A stretch of DNA of 59,996 nucleotides, counting the filler, from Sluysia triapertura (Eukaryota), in assembly GCA_046118255.1 (NCBI GenBank). It is 5 parts of 5 records of this genome, joined end to end, with 100 filler letters (N's around TTAATTAATTAA, not from the genome) between each part and the next. Parts side by side here need not be neighbours in the genome. Positions count along the whole stretch, not along the records: positions 1 to 13,808 come from JBJNIA010018410.1; 4 more parts are not named here. One strand, written 5' to 3'. The notes under the pieces are model-generated. The model did no database searches and had not been told where the DNA came from. It saw only the letters and a program-made list of their open reading frames with translations. Position numbers and translations under genes: made by a program. Below are positions 1 through 8,219 of the stretch, one piece after another. Positions within the stretch are counted from its first letter, which is position 1, and each line of letters opens with the position of its first letter.

Positions 1-1
1 A

Positions 2-1357
2 GATGAAATAAATAAAAATCCCCAGTCATTCTTGAGACAACTAACAGATGAAAATGATATAAATAATGATATGAAAACAATAAAGAATAATGATAATGAA
101 ACAATAAAAAATGATAACGAAATAATTGAGAATAATGAGGAACCTGATTACATAGTGAATCTTAATAGAAATCCACATATTGAAACAAGTAACAAGGAAA
201 CCAATACAATTAAAAGAAAAAACGAAGAAGATGTAATAATAGCAACTAATCCTATTAAAAAGAATGTTATTGATTTAACAAAACTAACAGATGAAAACGC
301 AGAAGAAATATTGGAATTAGATACAAAAAATATAGTTTATGCCTTTCTGTCCGTTGCATTTACAAATTTTAGTAAATGTAAGAAACTGTTACCGAAACTA
401 AAAAAATATGAGAATGCTATAATAAAGATATTAAAACAATTAGAAGAGAAATATAAGGATAAAGATGTTAGTGACTTTATAGAAAATGGACAGTATAAAT
501 CAATCATTAATAAGCAACTTAATAAAGGGATAAATAGAGACAGATTTAAGATAATCCTAGCCTACACTATTTTTCAATGTAGTAAAGAAAAAATAATTGA
601 CAAAAATAAAATAAACAAAGTTATAGACTTTATCAATAAGAAAACAAAATTATGGATTGAAGAACAGGGAGGTTGGCGAAATATAATTAAGGAAAAAGAA
701 AATCAGAAAACCGAAGAGACATCGAATTTACTTGCAAATTTATTTGGAAATAGTAATATGTTAAACACAGCCATACCGCGATTAGGAAATTCAACAAACA
801 ATATGTTATTTGTGATAATATTGTTAGCTATGTTTGGAATAAATAAATCTGGTGCGATAAAAGCTTTTGATTGTAATAAACCACAAGTTGGCAGAAAATT
901 TTCATTATTGGACACGGAGGATTGTCCGGAATCTAGGCCGAGTAGGATTCAAATAAAAGAGACTAGAGTTTTTAATGTATATCAAGAAGGAAACTTAATA
1001 ACAGCACTTGTTAGAGAATGTATGGTGAAAAGATCAGTAGCGATATGGTATTGTGGACATAATAGTCATTCTTCTATAATAGAATTACCATACGTATTGA
1101 AACCATTTAAAGTTCTGCCTAATAATCGTAGAGATGCTTTTGAAACTGGCTATCTAGGATTAGTCAAAGGAGATAAATTGAGAGTAAGGAATAACGAAAA
1201 AATAATTTATAATATTAGAACTGCCGGAAATGTACTAACAGATGGAACCTGTGAACAAGGATCTATTGAATATGAAGGGAAAATATATCACAACGTCGTA
1301 GCACAAGAAACATTTGTAGTAAGTTTGAAATCCTTTAACGAGAGTTTTGACATCTAA
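2..1357 (+). CDS. Polyprotein segment 1: N/E-rich linker, Bcl-2-like domain, signal peptide, N-terminal part of chuvirus-like glycoprotein
   Basis: Frame is open from nt 2 (GAT GAA ATA AAT...) to TAA at 1355-1357. The next ORF (ATG 1367) is in the same frame three codons later, so the TAA is an internal nonsense lesion. Confidence 0.85.
   Translation, partial: DEINKNPQSFLRQLTDENDINNDMKTIKNNDNETIKNDNEIIENNEEPDYIVNLNRNPHIETSNKETNTIKRKNEEDVIIATNPIKKNVIDLTKLTDENAEEILELDTKNIVYAFLSVAFTNFSKCKKLLPKLKKYENAIIKILKQLEEKYKDKDVSDFIENGQYKSIINKQLNKGINRDRFKIILAYTIFQCSKEKIIDKNKINKVIDFINKKTKLWIEEQGGWRNIIKEKENQKTEETSNLLANLFGNSNMLNTAIPRLGNSTNNMLFVIILLAMFGINKSGAIKAFDCNKPQVGRKFSLLDTEDCPESRPSRIQIKETRVFNVYQEGNLITALVRECMVKRSVAIWYCGHNSHSSIIELPYVLKPFKVLPNNRRDAFETGYLGLVKGDKLRVRNNEKIIYNIRTAGNVLTDGTCEQGSIEYEGKIYHNVVAQETFVVSLKSFNESFDI
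320..690 (+). CDS. Bcl-2-family-like domain within the polyprotein
   Basis: DTKNIVYAFLSVAF (BH4-like), AIIKILKQLEEKY (BH3-like helix), QLNKGINRDRFKIILAY (BH1-like, cf. LFxDGVNWGRIVALF), VIDFINKKTKLWIEEQGGWRNII (BH2, WIxxxGGW), in the correct order and spacing. Confidence 0.7.
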
Positions 1358-2610
1358 AAAGGTACAATGATGTCCAGATCATTTTGCAGAATGGACCAAA
1401 CAAGCTGCGATACAGGCGAATCTACATTAATTTACGAATTAGATAAATTTCAGTGTCCATTAATATTTTTAAAGCAAATAAAATTTAATTTAGTATCCGG
1501 ATTTGTTTACCAAAATAATGATGAATTACCAATTGAAGAAATAAATAAAAAAGAACAAGTACAGCGTAAAGCGCTAGAACAGAATTTTCATAATTTTCAT
1601 ATCAAAAGGAACCATAATAAGATGTGGAAAGGAAATCACCGAAACTAACTACCAAGGCATTTATCTATCTGAGAAAACAATATTGCAAGCCAAAAAAGGG
1701 ATAGATACCAAGAACATAAAATTAAATAGTTACTTTAATAACAAAATAGACTTTTATTACCATATTGGATTAATGTCTTTAGAGAAAATTTACCAAATTA
1801 TGATTTCTCGAGACTGTCAATTAAACAAAGAAATATTACGCACGAAACTAGCAGTGGCAATCACAAATCCCGATTTGGTAGCACCATTACTACCATTAGA
1901 AGAAGGAGTATTTGTTAGATTAATGGGAGAAGTGTTATATACTTACAAATGCAAAAAGGTAGAAGTTCAGTTAAAACCAGTAACTGAATGTACCAATGAA
2001 TTGCCGATAGTATACGGGAAAATAGAAACTTATTTAGAACCAGTAACAAGGGTAACATTTCCGAGTGACAAGATAAAACCAAAAGTAATGCATTGTTCAA
2101 ACGTAATGGCACCAGAATATAGAATAGATGAAAATTTATGGATTTCACTACCGCATAGAACTCAAGTTAAAGTACCAGAAATCATTGGATTAACGGAACT
2201 AAAGGGAAAACTAAAATTTTTGGCAACTAAAAATATACCTCATTCAGGTATATACACAAATGAAGATATACAAGCGGCTTGGCGAGAAATATTATTCCCT
2301 ATAAAAAGATCAAAAGTGTTGACAGATATAGTAAATAAGGCAACAGTAGAGAACGACGAAAGAATTAACTTTGAATTACTATTAGGTCCGGATCATTTTA
2401 AGAAAGCTGCACAAAATACATTAAAACAAATTTGGGGAACTTTCTAAATTTAGGTCAAGCCTTTTCAGGACTAATATGTATTTATATAATTATTAAGGTA
2501 ATAGCATTGATAATATCTCAAGTCTTTTCTATTGTAGGAATTTATAAAATTTTAGGTCTTACTTGGAAATTAATAATAGGCTGTTTCCCATTCTTGGCAA
2601 AATACTTGCT
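803..2610 (+). pseudogene. Chuvirus-like envelope glycoprotein (env), interrupted by 1 stop and 2 frameshifts in this assembly
   Basis: Signal MLFVIILLAMFGINKSGA, then AFDC..FSLLDTEDC, CGHNSHSS, GNVLTDGTCEQG, CGKEITETNY (frame of ORF 1683), YFNNKIDF, DCQLNKEILRTKLAVAITNPD, GEVLYTYKCKKVEV, CTNELPI, YLEPVTR, SGIYTNEDI..ILFP, WG(N)FLNLG + TM. This series is collinear with the Jingchuvirales G proteins and chuviral EVEs as I know them. Confidence 0.85.
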
Positions 2611-5600
2611 GCATCATCATGCAAATTCCCAAATAAACGCGCTAAGAAAAGAAAGAACACGAACTGAAAATGAAAATATAGCACTGCAAACAATTCAAAA
2701 TAATAAAAATGAAGAAATACAAAGCGATACTCAAAGAAATAAAATTTATCCAATTCCCCCAACGGCACCAACACCGAATGTAATTTACATGATAATATGT
2801 GCAAACAATAATTATAATAATTCTAAAAGACCAATGGCTAATGTCAAGATTAATGGTAGAACAATATTGGCACTCGTGGATACAGGAGCAGTAGCATCGC
2901 TAATTAATGAAAATCAACTAACAGAAAAAGAAAGAGGGAGTCTCGCAAGTCATTTTTCACATTTATCAGGAGTAACCGGAGACGCCATACATATCATTGG
3001 AGTAATGAAAGCTATATGTGAAGTGGGACAAAATAAAGTCGAAGTTAAATTGAGAGTGATGAAGAAATGCCCAGAAGATATGATACTAGGAATGGATATA
3101 CTGTCTCAACTAAAAGGAGTGATACTGGATTTCGATAGTGTTAAATTAAGGGATAGCCATTCAAATAGAACTATTGATGATGATGATGTGTATATCGACG
3201 AACCATTATGGTTATTAAGTAGAACTGAATACATAATGCCAGCAAAAACAAATAGCTCACTGACTGGCCGAATTATGTTCATTGTTTCAGAGACCAACCA
3301 AGAAAAATTGGATATAGGTATTGCATATTCAATCTGTAATAATTGTGAAGGAAGGATACCTGTCAGAATCATAAATTATACAAAAGATAATAAATGGTTA
3401 TTTACAGGTACTAAATTAGGAAGAATTGTGAACTATAGAACACCAACTATTAATATGGTGACGGATACGAAAAACAATACAATAAAACTACAACGGGATA
3501 TACAAGAGGAAGATTATGGAGAAATTCAAATTAATAACAAAAACATAACGAAAAGACAAAAGGAACAACTACATGAGGTTATATATCGATATCCAAGAGC
3601 AATCTCAAAAAATAAATATGATATTGGAGATTCAGTTATTATAAAACATGAGATACCATTAATAGAAGATAAAGTGATTCGAAGAAAACCGTACAGAATC
3701 CCTATTTGTAACCAGAAGGAAATGCAAGACCAAATCGATACTATGAAGAAGGCTGGAGTAATAAGGCCAAGCTTCTCTCCTTTTTCATCACCAGTATTGC
3801 CAGTTAAAAAGAAGGATGGTACAATGCGATTCTGCATAGATTTTAGGGAGTTAAATAAAATAACACGAAAAGATGTATTTCCATTACCACGAATAGATGA
3901 ATTGTTAGATACATTAGGTAACGCTACTTATTTTACAACTTTAGACTTGCAAAGTGGATACTGGCAGATTGAGATAGCAGAAAAGGATAAACACAAAACG
4001 GCTTTCACATGTGGAAACGAATTATACGAATGCGAAAAGATGCCATTTGGTCTAACCGGCGCACCAGCAACATTCCAACGTTGTATGAATTTTGTATTAT
4101 CGGGATGTAAAAACGCCATCGTTTACATAGATGATATCATAATATTTTCCAAGGATTTTAAAACTCACTTAGAAGACACAGATAATATTCTAAAAAGATT
4201 AGAAGTTGCCAGACTTAAAATAAAACCAACAAAATGTGTATGGGCAGAAGAAAAAGTTGAATTCTTAGGACACATAGTATCTAAGGATGGCATTAAGCCA
4301 AATCCAAGAAATATTGAAAAAGTGGTTAAATTCCCGCAACCAGATAATGTTAAAAAGATTCAAAGTTTCTTAGGCTTAGCCAATTATTACAGAAGATTTG
4401 TCAAGAAATTTGCAAAGATTGCGCAACCTCTTAGGAAATTAACAAAGAAAAACGTAGAATTCAAATGGACCGATGAACAAAATAAAGCATTTAAGGAATT
4501 AAAAGAACATCTTACTGCAGAACCAATACTAATTTTTCCTGATGTCAGTAAACCATTTATATTGATAACAGATGACAGTAATTATGCTATTGGCGCAATT
4601 CTGGGACAGAAAGATAAAAATAATCTTGAGTCAGTCATAGCATACGCCAGTCGAAGACTTAACAAAGCGGAGATGAATTATTCAACTGTAGAAAGAGAGT
4701 GTTTAGCAATTGTATACGCATGTAAATTGTTCAGACATTATTTGTTAGGACAAAAGGTTTATTTATATACTGATCATAAACCTTTAACCTATCTGTATAA
4801 TCATAGAGATGAAGTCAGTAGACTTAACCGATGGTTCAATAAATTATCAGAATTTAACTTGGAAATCGTTTATAAACCAGGGAGTTTGAATAACGGAGCT
4901 GATTGTATGTCCAGATTAACAAATGTAGATGATAAAGGAAACATTAATTTGATACAAATTATGTCAATATCGGGAAAAATGCAGAATTCAGAAGAGATTA
5001 TTAGATACCAAAGAAAAGATAAAGAAATTTCAGCTATTCTAGATGGATTGGCTAAAGGTACTTTAAACGAATTACAAGCAAAGAGATTATCCATTATGGA
5101 AGGGATATTAAGATTTAAAAATAACAAAGACGAATGGAAAACTATTGATCCAGAATCATTAATTATACCTATTCTAATACAATTTCATGACGGACAATTA
5201 GGAGGACACTTATCAACAAGGAAAACATTATCTAGAATTAAAAGTAAATATTACTGGGAAAATATGGAATCGGATATCAGAAAATGGTGTAAGGATTGCT
5301 CAATATGCTGTCGACGCAGAAACACTGGACAAAAGACAAAAGTACCATTGAAATCTATGCCAGTACAACTATCACCTATGGAATTTACTGCTATGGACAT
5401 TATGGGTCCTTTTCCAGAAACCATTAATGGAAATAAATATATAATAGTATTTGCGGATTATTTGACTAAATGGCCAGAGGCTTACCCAATGCCTAATCAA
5501 AAGGCCGAAACAGTGGCTCAAATATTAGTAGAAAAAATCATTTACAGATACGGAACTCCTAGAAAATTGTTGACAGATCAAGGAACCAATTTTACTAGCG

Positions 5601-7387
5601 ATGTTATCAAATCAGTGGCTAAAATCTATAACATTCTTAGAATTTATACGTCACCTTACCATCCACAAACCGATGGACTAGTGGAACGTTTTAACCGAAC
5701 TCTTATTAATATGATTCAATCATATGTGAATGACAGACAAACTGACTGGGATTTATATATAGCACCATGTCTTTTCGCTTATAGAAGTTCTGTACATCCA
5801 GCAACTAACTTTACTCCATTTTATCTAATGTACGGCAGACATTCTAACATGCCAGTGGATTTGGAGTGGATACCACCTACTTCACAATATTTAGAGATTC
5901 CAGAATATGTAACAACAATGAGAGAACAGTTACAAGATGCATGGAAGCGAGCAGGTCTCCAAATTAAATACTCTCAGGAAATATATAAGGATACATACAA
6001 CAAGACAGCAAAAGAACATAATTTTAAAGTAGGAGATGAAATATTAATAGACTATCCAATAACCAAACCGGGTCAATCATCCAAGTTACAAAAACCTTTT
6101 AAAGGTCCTTATCTAATAACAAAAGTTACTGATACAAATGTTTTTGTTAAGGATCCTAATAAGACTATTTCTGAAACGTTCGTGGTGCACGTTAACAGAT
6201 GTAAATTAGCACCGAAAGAAGAATATAATTTGAGAAATAGAAAAGTACAAAAATCAAAACTGAAAGTTCTACCAAGACACAAAGATCGAGATAAACCACC
6301 TTCAATTCATGTACTAAGGAATAAACAAGTGATATTTATGATAAATGCCCATGGAAATGACTTGGCTCATATAATGCAAAACGTGCGGTTTAATGGACGA
6401 TGGGTTAGAGCAATTGTAGATACCGGCGCTACGATTACCGTGGTCCATAAAAATTTCCTAACAACTTGGGAATTAATCTTCGTAAATAGACCAAGTCTTG
6501 TAACATACAATGTGAATCAAACGCCTGTAAATATTAATGGAACTCTACTCTGTTATATAGAAGTACTGGGACTATATGTACAAACCTTAGTAAAGGTCTG
6601 GGATAGTAACCCATATGAATTAATATTAGGAATGGATGTTATCAATAAATTAGAAGATATGGTCATTCATAGCAAATATGGATTTATAAAAATACCACCC
6701 GGATCAAATATGATTATACCTCAAATAGTGGCTCCACAAGTTGGTGACGAACTAACCCTATATCAAATGCCAATGTCAAATTCATCATTACAGGTCCCAA
6801 ACTTACCTTTGGCTGATATCGTCGAATCTACACTCCATTTTTCAGATGCATCTTGGGGATCACCATCAACGATTACATCAGAGGAAAACTCGGATTCAGG
6901 AATTAGCTCAAGCTCCGATATTCATAGTACAGTAATGATAATGACCAATGTAAGAAAAAGAACTAGTCCTAGTAAGAATTGTTGTTTTGGGAAAATAAAT
7001 TATTGGCTTTCTATCTTGATTGTAATCTTTTTATCAATTATGACTAGTGTCATGGCAACAGAAACAGCTGAAGAATACAAAAATATGAATATAGCCACAA
7101 ATCATGGCAGGGAACAGAAAATAATAATCACCGATGTGTATAACCAATACTGGAAATTTGAATTTATTTCCAAGAAAATGATTCTACGACATAAATTTGA
7201 AATTTATTGTATCTATTTAAAGCCATTGTTAAAGCCACATTGTCTGCATTATGCTTACAGACCTATGCTAATAACTTTCTCTTTAGACATTCCAAGAAAT
7301 ACGCGAGACATTTGGAAATTTATCAAACAAGTAGATCAATTAAGCAATAAAGAAATAACGAAAATACAGAGTTTTACCCAACTATAA
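2432..7387 (+). CDS. pol: Polyprotein segment: env TM/tail - aspartic protease - RT - RNase H - integrase - second aspartic protease - C-terminal membrane/secreted domain
   Basis: 1651-aa uninterrupted ORF. PR LVDTGA (~2879) and ILGMD; RT FCIDFRELN, LDLQSGYWQ, MPFGL, YIDD (4124-4135); RH TDDS/IAYASR/ERECLA/TDHKPL/NNGADCMSR; IN H-H-CxxC, MDIMGP, TDQG, GLVERFNRTL, GPY (~6104); second protease IVDTGAT (~6419) and LILGMD. Confidence 0.97.
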   Translation: MGNFLNLGQAFSGLICIYIIIKVIALIISQVFSIVGIYKILGLTWKLIIGCFPFLAKYLLHHHANSQINALRKERTRTENENIALQTIQNNKNEEIQSDTQRNKIYPIPPTAPTPNVIYMIICANNNYNNSKRPMANVKINGRTILALVDTGAVASLINENQLTEKERGSLASHFSHLSGVTGDAIHIIGVMKAICEVGQNKVEVKLRVMKKCPEDMILGMDILSQLKGVILDFDSVKLRDSHSNRTIDDDDVYIDEPLWLLSRTEYIMPAKTNSSLTGRIMFIVSETNQEKLDIGIAYSICNNCEGRIPVRIINYTKDNKWLFTGTKLGRIVNYRTPTINMVTDTKNNTIKLQRDIQEEDYGEIQINNKNITKRQKEQLHEVIYRYPRAISKNKYDIGDSVIIKHEIPLIEDKVIRRKPYRIPICNQKEMQDQIDTMKKAGVIRPSFSPFSSPVLPVKKKDGTMRFCIDFRELNKITRKDVFPLPRIDELLDTLGNATYFTTLDLQSGYWQIEIAEKDKHKTAFTCGNELYECEKMPFGLTGAPATFQRCMNFVLSGCKNAIVYIDDIIIFSKDFKTHLEDTDNILKRLEVARLKIKPTKCVWAEEKVEFLGHIVSKDGIKPNPRNIEKVVKFPQPDNVKKIQSFLGLANYYRRFVKKFAKIAQPLRKLTKKNVEFKWTDEQNKAFKELKEHLTAEPILIFPDVSKPFILITDDSNYAIGAILGQKDKNNLESVIAYASRRLNKAEMNYSTVERECLAIVYACKLFRHYLLGQKVYLYTDHKPLTYLYNHRDEVSRLNRWFNKLSEFNLEIVYKPGSLNNGADCMSRLTNVDDKGNINLIQIMSISGKMQNSEEIIRYQRKDKEISAILDGLAKGTLNELQAKRLSIMEGILRFKNNKDEWKTIDPESLIIPILIQFHDGQLGGHLSTRKTLSRIKSKYYWENMESDIRKWCKDCSICCRRRNTGQKTKVPLKSMPVQLSPMEFTAMDIMGPFPETINGNKYIIVFADYLTKWPEAYPMPNQKAETVAQILVEKIIYRYGTPRKLLTDQGTNFTSDVIKSVAKIYNILRIYTSPYHPQTDGLVERFNRTLINMIQSYVNDRQTDWDLYIAPCLFAYRSSVHPATNFTPFYLMYGRHSNMPVDLEWIPPTSQYLEIPEYVTTMREQLQDAWKRAGLQIKYSQEIYKDTYNKTAKEHNFKVGDEILIDYPITKPGQSSKLQKPFKGPYLITKVTDTNVFVKDPNKTISETFVVHVNRCKLAPKEEYNLRNRKVQKSKLKVLPRHKDRDKPPSIHVLRNKQVIFMINAHGNDLAHIMQNVRFNGRWVRAIVDTGATITVVHKNFLTTWELIFVNRPSLVTYNVNQTPVNINGTLLCYIEVLGLYVQTLVKVWDSNPYELILGMDVINKLEDMVIHSKYGFIKIPPGSNMIIPQIVAPQVGDELTLYQMPMSNSSLQVPNLPLADIVESTLHFSDASWGSPSTITSEENSDSGISSSSDIHSTVMIMTNVRKRTSPSKNCCFGKINYWLSILIVIFLSIMTSVMATETAEEYKNMNIATNHGREQKIIITDVYNQYWKFEFISKKMILRHKFEIYCIYLKPLLKPHCLHYAYRPMLITFSLDIPRNTRDIWKFIKQVDQLSNKEITKIQSFTQL

Positions 7388-7531
7388 AAGATGTAACAGA
7401 GCACTCTTATACAACTACAAATCGGAAAAGCAACTTGACTAATTCAACTACAAAAGTTACTACAATGCACTCTTATAACTTTTTTGATAATGTTACTAAT
7501 TTTTACAGTATTATAAATACTTTGGACTGTA

Positions 7532-7942
7532 ATGTACTTGTTTCAAATTCATAAGAAAATACGGGCCCCTACGAATAATAAAAACCGTATGCCGTTAATT
7601 TTAATTACAATGATTACAATAATACACCGCCACGAATATTCGTTTAAGACAGAACACTTTGAATTTTATAATAGCGATAATGAAGTAAAAGTTAAAATAA
7701 TAAACCAAAATATTCATGCCAAGTTTGCTTGTCTGAAACCAGCCAGACTTAATTTCAGCTCGTGGACCATCTATGAAAATTACATAAATAACGACTTAAA
7801 GGGTCCTATTACAATATGTTCGGACATGTTACCTAATGAAGATAGACATTATTACAAAAATTCGTCATTCATCAAAATACTTACACTTTGCTCTAAAAGG
7901 AACATGAAAACACTTAACAATGTTAGAAACATTACGAAATGA
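7532..7942 (+). CDS. Hypothetical accessory protein, possibly secreted
   Basis: 136-aa ORF with a short hydrophobic MPLILITMITII segment, 3 Cys and an NFS sequon; overlaps the next ORF. Confidence 0.4.
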   Translation: MYLFQIHKKIRAPTNNKNRMPLILITMITIIHRHEYSFKTEHFEFYNSDNEVKVKIINQNIHAKFACLKPARLNFSSWTIYENYINNDLKGPITICSDMLPNEDRHYYKNSSFIKILTLCSKRNMKTLNNVRNITK

Positions 7943-8219
7943 TCCTGCTTTAGTAATATTAATAGTGGCAACAATACTATTCATAATCGCTTTAGCTATA
8001 GTGGTATTAACCATCATTATGTTCGTTTCAAACAAGTGTCGATACCCATGTTTACCACATGATAATAATAATGACGACGATGATGCATACACAGTTGCAC
8101 ATCGAAACAATTACTCTCCTCCTCTAGGTATGCCAATATTCCCACCTCCAATTTACGAATATGCTTCGAACAACCAGTCACCATTTATTTATGGGAGTTG
8201 GCACATGACACAACTCTGA
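7920..8219 (+). CDS. Small single-pass membrane protein with PPxY motif
   Basis: Long hydrophobic stretch ALVILIVATILFIIALAIVVLTIIMFV, juxtamembrane CRYPC, acidic patch, PPPIY in the tail. Confidence 0.55.
   Translation: MLETLRNDPALVILIVATILFIIALAIVVLTIIMFVSNKCRYPCLPHDNNNDDDDAYTVAHRNNYSPPLGMPIFPPPIYEYASNNQSPFIYGSWHMTQL

Noticed and set aside
2428-2437. Programmed -1 frameshift between env and pol at AAATTTG / TTTGGGG
   Set aside because: The heptamers are not in the incoming env frame, and homology (WGxFL + TM) says the protein is continuous here. A 1-nt loss in the G run is simpler.
703-5127. Minus-strand ORFs inside the retroelement (703, 1915, 2559, 3106, 3526, 3928, 4870)
   Set aside because: Short antisense shadows of the real plus-strand coding sequence, with no motifs.
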